DNA from: Zootoca vivipara | Taxonomy: Eukaryota | Assembly (NCBI RefSeq): GCF_963506605.1 | Contig: NC_083281.1 | Location: 56,730,001 to 56,794,000, forward strand | Direction of reading: 5' to 3' | DNA length: 64,000 nucleotides | Shown here: positions 45,901 to 59,139 of the stretch, piece after piece | How positions within the stretch are numbered: position 1 is the first letter of the stretch | Layout of the letters: every line of letters starts with the position of its first letter | Program-made: the position numbers and the translations under genes | Notes under the pieces: generated by a model | What the model was told of the DNA's origin: nothing | The model's database searches: none | What the model saw: only the letters and a program-made list of their open reading frames with translations

Positions 45901-47009
45901 AGTCATGGAGTCTCTCGCTCTTCAGAGTTGGTGCAGCTGTTCCTTGCTGCCTTCAGGAGCAGGGCTGCACTCCTCTCTCTGCCTTCTTTCAGACCAGAGA
46001 AGCCCTGCTCAACTCTGGGGGTGGGTTGGGGGAAATATAACCCACCTCTACCAACTTATTATATGCTCCCAAAAGAACATGCTCTGGCTCCTTTTCCTCC
46101 CTCTCTCTCTGAGGCTTATAAACCATTAGTGGGAGCCTCAAGCCTCAATGCCCACCTTTACCTGCAGCCCAGCCTGACTCATTACTGGTGGGGCTACTTG
46201 TGAATAAGAGCCACCCATGCAGCTTACCCTTTAATTTGCTTCAGGTTGATTAGAAAAAAAACGTATCTTCTGCAGTGCCGAAGGGGAAGGGGCCCCTGGT
46301 CAACTTTGTCCACCTGGCAGATTCAAAAGCCTCAGAAGGAAACTTCTCCAACCCCATTGTCATTTTTCCCTTTTCTGTACGTTCTCTAACTCTTCACTAT
46401 CTTGTTTGAGATGGAGTGACTGAAACAGAATTTCCCCATCACAATCCGAGTACCAGGCCCCAGAAACTGACAGTAATCTGCACTTTTATAGGCTTACAAA
46501 ATTTACAAAGAAGCAGTGATCTTGAACTGTCCTAATTTGCCTTCTAGGGAGACAGTGAGAGCCCCAGCTCCACAGAATACACCTTTTCAGAACACGTGGC
46601 GCTCGAGACCTCTGAAGAAGAAGCACCTCCTAATCCCAAAATCAGGGTGCTTGAGTTTGTATCTGGTGGAGATTCTGCTGGGCCCCCAAACCAGCCCCCA
46701 GTGGCAGAGCAGCAGCCTGCAGCTCCCTCAGCTGTGGAGGTGGCCATGGCAGTGGAGGACATGAAGCGTTTCATGAAGAAGTTTGACGTGGACCTGGCAA
46801 CTGTGACACAAGCTTTTTTGAAAAACAGTGGGGAAGTGGCAGCTGTGGAATATTGCCTGCAGATGGGGCAGTGCTTGGGTGGCTGCCCTCCTTGGAGCAG
46901 GCAGGATGACGTGGACTTGCTGAAGGGGGATGACAACCTCAGAAGCAAGCTAGTGGCAAAATACGGAGCAGAGAATGTGAACAGGCGCGTGGCATTCAGG
47001 AAAAGTTAG
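42967..47009 (+). CDS. TERF2IP: Telomeric repeat-binding factor 2-interacting protein (RAP1), ~394 aa, 3 exons
   Basis: Exons 42967-43564, 45213/45216-45334/45340, 46548-47009. BRCT (FQREDGSPLSFYVRPG..CRVQEPGAVLLA), Myb (PFSEAED..HSWQAMRDRYLKHL) and RCT (TVTQAFLKNSGEV..KYGAENVNRRVAFRKS*) domains. Confidence 0.95.
43577..43773 (+). mobile_element. tRNA-related squamate SINE, degenerate
   Basis: agagcacctgcttggcatgcagaaag..ccaggttcagtccctgacatc..tccatctagggctggg..gagagtcactactgccagtcag..gatgctttccta; same family as 58451-58637. Confidence 0.55.
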
Positions 47010-50000
47010 CTTGCGGCAGCCATGGTTTACTGTAGGAGGGCAGCAAACGGCCCTCTTCTTTCTCACACACATTTCTTCAGTGGGAGTTTTCTGAGTGTCA
47101 GTCTAGAGGGAAAGCCTCTGGAGGCCAGCAACCTGCGGTTACTGTCTTTATGACTGAAAGCACAGCAAGCTGTTGTGATGGAGACACCGTTCTTTGAGAC
47201 TTTCCTTCTCCTCACTTCCATTTGTACACAAAGCCTTTATTTACTTCACAGGAGATTTGTGTGGACCTGGCACAATAAGCCTCTTTATTCTCCCTTCACC
47301 AGCTTGCCTTAAGTTGGAACTTAGGTGTGGCAGTGGCTGATTCTGAGGTACTTGGCAACAGACAGCCACACATTTTTGGCTCGGCTTTAGCCAACCCCCT
47401 AAAGTTGGAGCATTGCTTGGGTCTTCCTGTGGGGTCGTTCCCCACTCCTCTCTCCAAACGTGCTTCCACCCAGTCAAGAATACGCAGTAGCACTGATGCA
47501 TTTAGTCACTGGAATGATTTCTGGAGCCAGAACACCCCCACTTAGATACACATACACCCCACCTTATCATTTAGGCTAACAAGAGTGCTGAGAGGGAGCA
47601 CCTACATGTCCTGTAGCAAATGGACAGTATTGCTCATCATCTTGGCTATACAGACGCTGGCCTAGGATTCATTGTAGAAGAACATTTCATCATCATTATT
47701 TAATTGGTATGGCGCCTTTCGTACGGCATGAACATGAAAATATTTATATAATTAAAACATTACAAAAGTAGTCATAAACAATAAATAAAACACATCCGTA
47801 ATTGAACAATTTCCACACAAATCATTATAAGATCTAAAAATACAGATACAAAAATTGAAAATCAATAACAGCAGCAACAACAAAAACCCACCTAAAAAAG
47901 ACTCCACCTAACTTTTTAAGGTGGTTTATCTAGTTAAAATAAGGTAGCAGATGACACAGAGACTGCAGACTTAATTTTTTAAAAATAGATGTAGAGAAGG
48001 GCAAACAACTTGTATGATGGTCTTGGTGTATGTGATAAATTTCTGCCACATCATGGCAAACACTCCTTGGATAGAGGTGCAGTAGATATAGGTATGTATT
48101 CAGATCTCATTAGCTTCCTTGAGTTAGTAAGGAAAGAGAAATCAGAGCTGAACAGCCATGTATGGAACAAATGAGTGAACAGAATCTGTCTGTGCTCCCT
48201 TCCTCATTAAATGCCACGTCCCCTGAATGTTCTGTCCAAATCATGCGGCAACAAGGTGTTATAGTTGCCAACAGTAACGTATCTCTTTGAGAGAGTTTTT
48301 TAAGAGTTTTTAAGAGTTGTGAAATACAAACATCCAGGAGCTCAAAAAGATCAGTACAGCCAGATTAAGGTGGTTTACACAACTGATTAGAGCTACACTG
48401 GCCACTGCCAAAGTATATACGTTTTCACATGCTTTTAAACTTGATCACTCATCCATGAACTGGCCCTTAAGGCATTATCAAAGGCTCCAACTATGACTCA
48501 CCAACCTCGGAAAGGTTATGCTATGAAATGAATACATTCTATCTAACCATCACTTTTGGCCAGCAAGGCTGCCCACCTCTTAGCATCCCTGCCCCTGTAT
48601 GATGGTGATGTTGTGGCGTGTTCATGAACATTCTAACTTCTCAAAGAAAATGTGGGAGCAGCTAGGGTGTTAATGTTCAGTGTTGTGTCTATGAGGCAGG
48701 TGGGAAACTGCTGTAAATGGTAGAAAATGTCAGCAGAGATGGAAGGTGGCAGGAAACCAAGACAAAAATGGTCCTTAATGATAGTGGAAAACAGAAAAAG
48801 GGAGCACTGTCAGGATTGAGGCAAGTCTCCACTGCCAAATTCATCTGGACTGTAAAAATCATGACTGTTATATAAATAAAAGCACATGTGGATCGTCATA
48901 AACCCTAAAAGGAAATGGCCAATTTGATCATCTTGTATCCAGCCATACCTTGCTGAAGCAAGTAGAACAGCAACCGCATTGATTGGAACCAGGCTTGATG
49001 TGAACTTTGTTACTGAAACAGATCAGATGTGTGAACTTTGTTAGAGGGCTTTTCACGCAGAAGCTCCCCATGAATTCTTCAAGACTAAATTACATTTCAA
49101 CTCCTTTGCAGAGGTCTCAAGATTAGTGGTGTAGGAAGTGGGGGGCAGGTGGCCCCAGGTGTCATCCTGAGGGGGGTGACAGAATGCTCAACACGCTCGC
49201 TCCTGGCCCCCGAAATAATGTGGCTTCGGGCAAACAACGCCGCAACGCTCCTTCTGCTGCCTCTACCAGTTGCCCTGGTGGCAAAGAAGAAGCAGGGCGT
49301 GGTGGGGGGTGGAGGCTGAGGGTGGAGAGAGGTCAGAACCTCCAGGACACCTCCTCTCCTCAGGGAGGCCACATGACAGCCTGGCTGTGCGTGCATCGCC
49401 TTAGACCGGGATCGCTTCTCCGGTATGGGCTCAGGCGGAGGTGGGAGCGACTTGCGCGGGAGCACGCTGTTCTATTTCCCACCCCCCTCCCCTCGCCTGC
49501 CTTCTCCTTTCCCCCACCCAGGGAGATTCGGGGGGGGGGGTTGGCGGGCAGGCGGGCGTCTTCTCTTCTCTCAAGCAGCTCAGTTAACTGCAAATCTCAG
49601 TGGGGAGGAAAAACAACCCAGAAAATGGACTTGTTCTCCTCTCACGCGCGCTAAAGCCAACTTCCTTGTTAGGAAGTCTCCATGTAAAAAACGATCACCT
49701 ACAGTGGTTCCTCTGCTACAACCAACACCCCCAAAAAGAAAGATGCCGAGGAGAGTTTTATCCACCTCCGCTTGCCTCAGTTTTGCTACAGTCCTGATTC
49801 TTTTCAGGGGATCCAGGGCTCAGTTCCCTTAGAGCTGTTGTCTTTCAGGATCCCCCACCAACCTAACCCATATTACTGTAATCCCAGAGGGAGTTTTTGC
49901 CACAGGCTATTAAACAGCTTACTCTGTCTGGCAATAGTCCAATACATACTTACATTTGTTGCTGGTGTTTATGGAGCGACATCATGCATCCCCTCCAACA

Positions 50001-50073
50001 TTTCTCCCAAGAAAATAGGGATGTCCTATTCCATTACTACTATTACTATTACTACTACTGGTGTGTGTATCTT

Positions 50074-51261
50074 TCAGATGCCTGAAATTGCAGGTGATGT
50101 TTCCAGGCTCCTTTTGCTTTCCTGATTGACAAGAGGTGTTTGGGCATAAAAGAGGTCTAAAGCCATACTCTTATGCTCTTCCTCAGACCTAACTAGCGGA
50201 TAGCCCAGTAGCTTCAAGGCATCCTTACAGACCTCTTGCAACTTTGCTATTTCGAGATAAGGAAGGGCCTTCCTCCAAGCCTGTGACACATTCACTGCGT
50301 CCCTGGCGTCAACATCAAAGGCCTGCTTGCCAAGGCCCTGCCCATGGGTGATGTTGTGCACCCAGGACTGAAGGTTGGGAGAGAAGGGCAGCCCTGCAAA
50401 ACTGTAGAGCTGAGCAGCCTTGGTCAAGGGATTGCGGGCAATATCTTCATACCGCACCAAGAGGTAGCGATCCTGGAGAGTGCTGGGAAGGGCCTGCCTG
50501 CCTTCAGTGTAAACCTCAACATGACTTTTGCAAATCTCCCGCATGGCAGTGTAGGGCTTCGTATCCATTGCATTCCTCTTGTGTCTCACCAGAATCCCCG
50601 TGTCCCGGGCCAAGCTACTTTCTATGTTCTTGCGAGAGTGGAAAACGGCTCTGGGGTCACGGACCAGGTGGATGATTTTGAGGTTCAGGGAGGGGTCATT
50701 GAGGAGAGGATAGAGCACCTTGAGGTCAAAGATCCGGACCACCTTCAGAACAACGTGGCTGTAAGACCTGCAGGCCTCTTCCACTTTGCTGAAGGGGGAT
50801 TTCCTACAGAGTATCTTGCAGGCATGCTTGGAGATGAAGTCACTGCGCTGGAAGGAGTCGCACACTGGTGGGGAACACAAGGCCCGGCTGGTCTCCCACT
50901 GGAAGAGATCCGACACATTTCTCTTCTGTGGAAGGTAGGCATCGAAGACTGACATGTCGCACTTGAAGACCGACCGGATGAGGTCCCGCACCGCCATGTG
51001 CAGGACCTTGGCGCTGTTTTGGTACATGGTTGCCCAGACGTGCCAGGCTGGCTCCATCATGTAGAAGGCATCAGGGTGTTGGCTGAAGATCTGCCCAACG
51101 AAAGAAGACCCTGACCTCCAGGAGGAGAGGATGAGAATGTGCACCTGGGATGGCTCCTGCGCCAGGGGACATTCCCTGCCATGAAACTGAGACCAGAAGG
51201 TGAGGGCAATGACCTGTATCGCCAAGATCACAAGAACCACTAACCTGGTCAGCTTCAGCAT
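50074..51261 (-). CDS. CHST4: Carbohydrate sulfotransferase (GlcNAc-6-O-sulfotransferase), CHST4-like, 395 aa, single coding exon
   Basis: Type II N-terminal TM segment, 5'-PSB ILSSWRSGSSFVGQ, MEPAWHVW, 3'-PB HLVRDPRAV..SR, RYEDIA, WVHNIT and NVSQAWR. Splice acceptor at 51275. CHST4 rather than CHST5/6 rests on TAT adjacency and residues recalled from human CHST4. Confidence 0.85.
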   Translation of the reverse strand: MLKLTRLVVLVILAIQVIALTFWSQFHGRECPLAQEPSQVHILILSSWRSGSSFVGQIFSQHPDAFYMMEPAWHVWATMYQNSAKVLHMAVRDLIRSVFKCDMSVFDAYLPQKRNVSDLFQWETSRALCSPPVCDSFQRSDFISKHACKILCRKSPFSKVEEACRSYSHVVLKVVRIFDLKVLYPLLNDPSLNLKIIHLVRDPRAVFHSRKNIESSLARDTGILVRHKRNAMDTKPYTAMREICKSHVEVYTEGRQALPSTLQDRYLLVRYEDIARNPLTKAAQLYSFAGLPFSPNLQSWVHNITHGQGLGKQAFDVDARDAVNVSQAWRKALPYLEIAKLQEVCKDALKLLGYPLVRSEEEHKSMALDLFYAQTPLVNQESKRSLETSPAISGI

Positions 51262-52612
51262 CGCAGCCCAAAGCCTTGAGGGTGGATAGAGAGAGAGAAA
51301 GAGAGCACATTTCAGAGAATTGAACCACTATGCTCCTAGGGCCAAGACCTTTCAACACCCATCTTGTATTCAGAATTGGAGAGCTGTTTGAGTGCTAACT
51401 GGAAAAAGCACTTGTAGACAGGCTAAGGAAGGGCTGATCAAATCCATTGGTTACAACTTGGACAAATTCTGGCTTTTGCAAATAAGTTGGCCAGAACAGA
51501 TAAATATTCTTAGGTCCATGATGTTTTCTAAATATACATGCGCATATTCGGCTGTCACTTTGAAAGGGTGTGTTGTCAGTCATATAAAGAATGGTTAAAT
51601 AGGAATTGTAGAGAAACAACTGACCTGATGGCAACCTGGGAATTGGGTCTGGGCAGAAGACAAAATGGCAGGAGACATGGGTCTAGGCAGCCCCTGAGAG
51701 CCCCACTTCTTAAAGACGTGCTCAAAACAGCATATTGATGGTACTGCATCCCAAGCATCCTGATTATCCCGTTATGGCACATCAACAAAAACTTTTCTCC
51801 ACAATGGTGGAGGAGTGGCAGCAAAATGAGGACATTCTGCTACACATGGTGGCATTGCCCCTGGATCTGTGTGCTCAGGGCAGAGATTATTGCTGAAATT
51901 GCAGGAATTATGAAGCAACCCATAGATCCTGATCCCACTGTAGTCCTTTACTACCCTACTCTGTCATAACTAGCTCATGGTATTTCTCCTGCCTCTTACC
52001 TGTCTGGAAATTGCTCATCAGCGGCAGTCTTAGGCTGGATGAAGTATGGCAAATTGCACTATCATAAAAGCAACACGGAAGCCGTAAAAATGCAACAACA
52101 CAGAATTCTACGCAGAGTGGTGCAGGGCGACGATTTTGTTGACACGTGGTTTCTCTTCACAGCATATATGGGAGGGGGAACACAAGCTGAGACTTTGGGA
52201 AAGACCTTTCCCCACATTTATATCACAACAACCCTTAGCAGGGAGTACTCCAAATTATTACTCTTAACCCTCTTTGAATTGCTCATAAATTATTCATGGG
52301 CACCATGTTCATTTCGCTGGGAAGGCAAGCGAGCTGGCTAGCAATGCCTCTTCTGCACAGATGAAAACATCCAATGTCAAGAAAGCAAAACCCCAGGTTG
52401 TCGGCAGCCTCAACCCGGGACCAGAAGCACAGGCTCTTGAACAGGCAAACCATGCAAGGTGCTCCCTCCCCTCTCCACACACGTCAGTCTCACACACTGC
52501 TGGGTTAATTCCAAGAGGGGCAGCTGTGTCAGGACAAGCTGCAAGAGCACATTCTGCCCAACCGGCTCTCAACAGTCTGGATCTGACACGTGGGAGTTTT
52601 AGGAAGGTCTAT

Positions 52613-54674
52613 ATCTAAATCAAATCCCTTATGAATACACAGTGGAAGTGAGGAACAGGTTTAAGGATTTAGATTTGGTGGACAGAATGCCGGAAGAACT
52701 ATGGATGGAGGCTCGTAACATTATACAGGAGGCAGCAACGAAAACCATCCCAAGGAAAAGGAAATGCAAGAAAGCAAAATGGCTGTCCAACGAGGCCTTA
52801 CAAATAGCGGAGGAGAGGAGGCAAGCAAAATGCAAGGGAGATAGGGAAAGATACAGGAAACTGAATGCAGATTTCCAAAAAATAGCAAGGAGAGACAAGA
52901 GGGTCTTCTTAAATGAGCAATGCAAAGAAATAAAGGAAAACAATAGAATGGGGAAAACCAGAGATCTGTTCAAGAAAATTGGAGATATGAAAGGAACATT
53001 TCGTACAAAGATTACCATAATAAAGGACAAAAGTGGTAAGGACCTAACAGAGGCAGAAGACATCAAGAAGAGGTGGCAAGAATACACAGAGGAATTATAC
53101 CAGAAAGATATGGAGGTCTCGTACACCTCAGGTAGTGTGGTTGCTGACCTTGAGCCAGACATCTTGGAGAGTGAAGTCAAATGGGCCTTAGAAAGCATTG
53201 CTAATAACAAGGCCAGTGGAAGTGATGATATTCCAGTTGAACTATTTAAAATTTTAAAAGATGATGCTGTTAAGGTGCTACACCCAATATGCCAGCAAGT
53301 TTGGAAAACTCAGCAATGGCCAGAGGATTGGAGAAGATCAGTCTACATCCCAATTCCAAAGAAGGGGAGTGCCAAAGAATGCTCCAACTACCGCACAATT
53401 GCGCTCATTTCACACGCTAGCAAGGTTATGCTTAAAATTCTACAAGGCAGGCTTAGGCAGTATGTGGACCGAGAACTCCCAGAAGTGCAAGCTGGATTTC
53501 GAAGGGGCAGAGGAACCAGAGACCAAATAGCAAACATGCGCTGGATTATGGAGAAAGCTAGAGAGTTCCAGAAAAACGTCTACTTCTGCTTCATTGACTA
53601 TGCAAAAGCCTTTGACTGTGTCAACCACAGCAAACTATGGCAAGTTCTTAAAGAAATGGGAGTGCCTGATCACCTCATCTGTCTCCTGAGAAATCTCTAT
53701 GTGGGACAAGAAGCTACAGTTAGAACTGGATATGGAACAACTGATTGGTTCAAAATTGGGAAAGGAGTACGACAAGGTTGTATATTGTCTCCCTGCTTAT
53801 TTAACTTATATGCAGAATTCATCATGCGAAAGGCTGGACTAGATGAATCCCAAGCCGGAATTAAGATTGCCGGAAGAAATATCAACAACCTCAGATATGC
53901 AGATGACACAACCTTGATGGCAGAAAGTGAGGAGGAATTAAAGAACCTTTTAATGAGGGTGAAAGAGGAGAGCACAAAATATGGTCTGAAGCTCAACATC
54001 AAAAAAACCAAGATCATGGCCACTGGTCCCATCACCTCCTGGCAAATAGAAGGGGAAGAAATGGAGGCAGTGAGAGATTTTACTTTCTTGGGCTCCTTGA
54101 TCACTGCAGATGGTGACAGCAGTCACGAAATTAAAAGACGCCTGCTTCTTGGGAGAAAAGCAATGACAAACCTAGACAGCATCTTAAAAAGCAGAGACAT
54201 CACCTTGCCGACAAAGGTCCGTATAGTTAAAGCTATGGTTTTCCCAGTAGTGATGTATGGAAGTGAGAGCTGGACCATCAAGAAGGCTGATCGCAGAAGA
54301 ATTGATGCTTTTGAATTATGGTGCTGGAGGAGACTCTTGAGAGTCCCATGGACTGCTAGAAGATCAAACCTATCCATTCTTAAGGAAATCAGCCCTGAGT
54401 GCTCACTGGAAGGACAGATCGTGAAGCTGAGGCTCCAATACTTTGGCCACCTCATGAGAAGAGAAGAATCCTTGGAAAAGACCTTGATGTTGGGAAAGAT
54501 GGAGGGCACTAGGAGAAGAGGACGACAGAGGACGAGATGGTTGGACAGTGTTCTCGAAGCTACGAACATGAGTTTGACCAAACTGCAGGAGGCAGTGCAA
54601 GACAGGAGTGCCTGGCGTGCTATGGTCCATGGGGTCACGAAGAGTCGGACACGACTAAACGACTAAACAACAAC
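52613..54674 (+). mobile_element. Young 5'-truncated RTE-BovB LINE, intact 674-aa RT-containing ORF
   Basis: About 16 aa differences by eye from the 901-aa copy over 674 aa. YADD present; same tail. Confidence 0.96.
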
Positions 54675-57041
54675 ATATGGATGCACCCACAATATTTTTG
54701 TGTGGCTGGGAACAGTTCCCTCTCTGCTGCATCTTCCACTGGGCTACCCACCCCTTTACCCTCCCTTGGACTTCTCCTTCTGTGCATTCACCAGCTGCTG
54801 GTGGCCAGTGTATAGCTTCTCTGCAATGAAGGAAGCAGCTGGCCTCTTTGCTTCTCATCTTCCAGGGGGTCGTTGGGGCAACACCTTCCATCTTGTGGGA
54901 AGAAGGGTGGGGTTTTATTTCACTTGCTAAGCAGGCACCCCTAGGCCCTTACCTCTGCCGTTCCTTCTGCCAGATCCCTGGCAGAGTTCATCCGATAGGG
55001 ATTACTTGCTAATGCAGGTCAGTGTCTCTCTCTTTGATCCTGGGCATCCAAGCAGCATGGCAGAAACAGACACATGCTCCCCCACTGGCAGGCACACACT
55101 TTCCCCCCACAGAGCCTCCCATCTCACTCACCTCCCGTTGATCCAGGAGCCTCCTGGGGTCGCAAGCCCAGCTTCCGTGAGGAGCCACAAGCAACAGGAA
55201 GAGCTGGTTGTTCCCTGGTAGCAGATCTGCCCGGTCCTGCACTGCTGGGTGCTCTGTGGTGTGAAGGCTGCTGCCAGGAGGAAAGGAGGGAACTCCCAGG
55301 AGAGGCACCAGCTCCAACCTGTGGAGGTGTGTGCTGAGAGGGCGAGGGTGGGAAGGAGCTATTGGGCCAGCACACCTCTTCTGTGCTGAGGAAACAAAAG
55401 ATGCCTGCAGGAAAGAGGGTTGGTATCCCAATCCCAGGGCAGTGTGACACAATGACCTGAGGTGCTGCTGCCCACCTATGCCAGCCCAAAGTTTCACTGC
55501 GGTATCCAAGGCATGGCAGGCTCCCCTCTTGACTGCCACCACCAGAGACCCAGAGCCACCTGGCCAAAAATAGATGTGACAGAGCTGCAAGACCACCTTC
55601 ATGGCCAATGTCCACACCCCCTCCCCTCTGGCAATCCTTGGTGCTCCTTCTCCCTGGGTCACAGACTTCCAAAAGAGCAGCTCCAGAGGGTGCTGCCCTA
55701 CTGCTGTCCTCTGCCCGGGTCCCTCCCAGCAGATGAGCAAGGGTGGGAGCCCAGCAAGCTGCAAGGGCTGCTACACTGAGATCCAGGGAAAGGCCATGCC
55801 TCTTGTTCCCTGGAGAGGTAACCTTGCTGCTGAGCATTTGCCTGTGGGTCTGTGCATGGGCAGAGAAATGCAGAAAAGGTGGGTGGGTGTGGACACACTG
55901 CATAGGCAAACACTCTCCCTTTGCTCACTGGTTGGGTAACTTGGTACTATAGTCCAAAATGCTAGGAAACGTAAATGCTAAGAAGCTTTCCTCATCCCCC
56001 TCCCCTCTTTGACTCTTGTGATCCCTTTTATGCGGGCATACCTCGTCTTTTGATCTAGCAGAGTCTGCATAGGGCAGGAGAAGGCTTGGCCTTAGAGGGA
56101 GAGGGGTGGGCAAGGGAAGGGGCAGGAAAAGTGAGCAGCCACTGAACTTGGCATCAGACAGGAGCTTCTTCTATAGGAAGTTTAAGACTGACTCTGCGGG
56201 GATCTGGCGCACCCTGTAAACCAAACCCTTTCTGCTAATACATCAGTCTCCCTCCAACAGTAACCTTCTGCTGGGAGACTGGAAAGCAGCCAGGCCTGCT
56301 CCAGGAGGCTGAGAGCCCAGGGATGGCTGAATGGGCAGTGATGGATGGGAAGGAAGGGCCGGGCTCCTTCTACTGCCAAGCACAGAGGCTGAGGCTTCCT
56401 CCCCGCACTTGGGCTTTTGTTCTTATTGTTTAGGATCCGGCTGGTGGCTACTGATATAGGACAGGCATCCTCATTGCCTAAGCGGATCTGCCCACAGTTT
56501 CTTTGTCCTGTGCCTAAAATGTGTGTCCAATAGGTTTTCCACTCGGCCCATGCTTTCTAGGCACAGGTCTGAGTACTTTTCCATTTGCCCTGCACCACTC
56601 TGCGAAAACCCACTGTTTCGGAGATGAACCAGAGCAAACATCAACCTGCAGAAAACCCAGTTGCCATTTGCTCTGATTCAGTGGTAAAGAACAGGTTTCC
56701 CTAGGTGTAAGGGGTGGACCAAGGAGAAGTGTGGACGAGCTCACGGTGGGGTGAGCTCACGGTGGGGCATTGGACCAAATGATCCAATGGTTTTCTTCCA
56801 GTCCTGATGCTTGACAAAATTCCTCCTCTAACTGTGATATTTGTAAAATGGATTATCTGACGTTACTGGCTTTGTGAACACAAAGTTCAGGGAGATTAAC
56901 TTCTTGGATCATATGACAGAAAAAGAGATTAGCGCAAAGCTAAGGACCCAAAGACAAGCAGATGGGTGGGAGGAGAACGAATGACATCTTCAATGGCTGC
57001 TGCTTGGGGGAGAGCTGACCGTAAGGGTAAGCTTCTCTGGG

Positions 57042-57142
57042 CATAGAATCATAGAATCATAGAGTTGGAAGAGACCACAAGGGCCATCCAGTCCAACCCC
57101 CTGCCAAGCAGGAAACACCATCAAAGCATTCCTGACAGATGG
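57042..57142 (-). mobile_element. CR1 LINE 3' end with (ATTCTATG)n tail
   Basis: catagaatcatagaatcatagagttggaagagacc...gtccaacccc is the reverse complement of a canonical CR1 tail. Confidence 0.85.
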
Positions 57143-58450
57143 GCAACTTCCTGGATGATGGAAAAGCTCCCACAGTGCTCCCCTTCTTGATGCCCTCAAG
57201 TGAAACCAGAATCTCGCTGCATCCCAGTGGCATCGTGGGGGGGGTATGGTGGCAATGGCCCTGGGTGCAGAATTCTGAGGGGGAGCAGCCCAGCTCCCCT
57301 ACAACAGGCTTCCTTGCCAAGGCTGTGCGGCTGCCACCTTCCAGACCTGTGAGGAGGTGAGCCATGCCCAGGCCTGCATCTCCTTGCAGCTGGCAAAGGG
57401 TCACCAACCCCTGGGCAGAACTCCCACCAGATGGAACTCAGACTTTTTCTAGTCTGTACCAGTCCTTCCCTGGGGTCTCCCCCCCCCCAGCGTGTACCTT
57501 TGGACGAGGCATGTACCCTGCAGTGGGAATGCAGAGAGCAGAGCCACCCGCTCGCCTGGAACCCTCCGGTGCTCATCCTCACGCTGCATGGCCAAGAGGC
57601 AGTGGCTGGGGAAGGGCTGCGCTTGGCATATGTACCAAAGTGTAGGCAAACTTATTTGGTACACTTTGACCTGTGAATCTTTGCTGACGAAGAATAGTCG
57701 AAACAGGGCCTTGTCCTGATTTTTACTGGAATTTACCTTTATTTGCCTTCAACATTGGGATTGATTCCCATTTAAACTCCGTAACACATCAATAAAACCT
57801 TGTGAAGATTTATTTGAAATCCATCTTCTTTTGGCCTGAGTTCTTGCAACTTATCGTTCATTTCCAGTGTGATGCCCGCAATGAGGTTAGGGGGAGTCCT
57901 TCTTGCCTTGCCCCAGGCACTGGCAGCGTGGTACACCACTGCTGCATCCCAAGGAGGTTGCCTACCAGGGCTGGGCTCTTCCCTTTGGCCCAAATCAGCC
58001 CTTATCTCACCCAGCATCAGACAGGATATGCAAGGGCCCTTGGCTGTTTACCCAGGAAATTTATCTTGCCATCAGAGGGACAGGAGAGGCAGAAGAACAG
58101 CTCAGAAGTGACTCTAGAGAGCCAGGAAGTTTGGAATGGAGTGGAACGCAGTGCGATTGGACTGGGCTGCTTTGCAGTGCTGGAAGAAGCAGGGAAAGAG
58201 CAGCCTCTGTGCCAAGCCGGTGGGAAGGTCCTGTGCCAGGGCTTAAGAGAAAATCCTGCTAATGTTTGATGGAGCTGAGTTATATGTTATTTGCCAAGGA
58301 GTGCCACCAGAGCCTCTGAATAAAATACGTCAACATATAAAGAAGGCACATAAAGAGTTATAAACTGACTCAGTGTTTACAGCTGTCTGTAAAATATTAT
58401 CTTTTATAAGAAGATGGTCTCCTTTTGAACAAGAAGTTTCTCTTAGGAGG

Positions 58451-58637
58451 AAAAACTGCAGCTCTGTGGCTGAGCAGCTGCTTGACATGCAGAAGCTGTG
58501 CCACATTCAAACACAACACACCTTCCCCAGTAGCATCTCTAGGCATGGCCAGGAATGTCCTTGCTTTGAAACCCTGGAGAGCCACACTCAGTCAGTGTAG
58601 ACAACTGAGCTAGACACTGTGTACAAGGCAGCTTCCT
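58451..58637 (+). mobile_element. tRNA-related squamate SINE, degenerate
   Basis: A-box-like gctctgtggctgagc head and aaggcagcttcct tail. An inverse copy lies at 62680-62845. Confidence 0.55.
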
Positions 58638-58972
58638 GCCGGTATGTCACTGTGAAACAAATGCTGAGAGGGGAAAATGCAATGATCCCTTAACCTTTTT
58701 ATTAGCGGGAGGAAGGGAACCTTTGTGATCCTTTTCCAGATCAGCCTCACAGGCCAAATTTGGTGGAGTGGGAGCACCAACTTGTCAATCACATGATGGC
58801 ACAACAAAGTCATGTGCAAGGTACTTTGAAGTCCCAAAATCAGGATGTCAAAGCGCTTCCAAAGGGGATGGTTTCTTTTCTCACCCTAGCAGGCATAACT
58901 ATAGATCCCCTGCTAAAATGATGGTTTAAAAATCCATCTGTTTCAGTACGAGATTCTGATGCACAACCTTTC

Positions 58973-59139
58973 CTGATTCAGGAATGGGTGTGTCTCAGAA
59001 TACCCTGCTAAAAAAGAGGGGGTTGCCATAGTTTTAGCAGGGGTTCCTATGCAAGTTTGCATGGAAACGTCTGCTAAAACAGGGCAGGAGGGGCTCTGTT
59101 TTAGCAGGAGGTTGCAGTGCAAACCATTTCCTGAATCAG
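58973..59139. repeat. Multi-stem palindromic (foldback) element
   Basis: Outer arms CTGATTCAGGAATGG / CCATTTCCTGAATCAG enclose three internal hairpins. Confidence 0.7.

Noticed and set aside
55006-55952. Cluster of 100-260 aa ORFs between CHST4 and TAT as a hidden gene
   Set aside because: No recognisable domain, consistent exon phase or codon signal; GC-rich intergenic DNA.
56737-56768. Short direct repeat GAGCTCACGGTGGGG x2 (and similar doublets at ~22870 and ~48297) as an array
   Set aside because: Only two units with no spacers; simple slippage duplications. No CRISPR-like or telomeric arrays were found.
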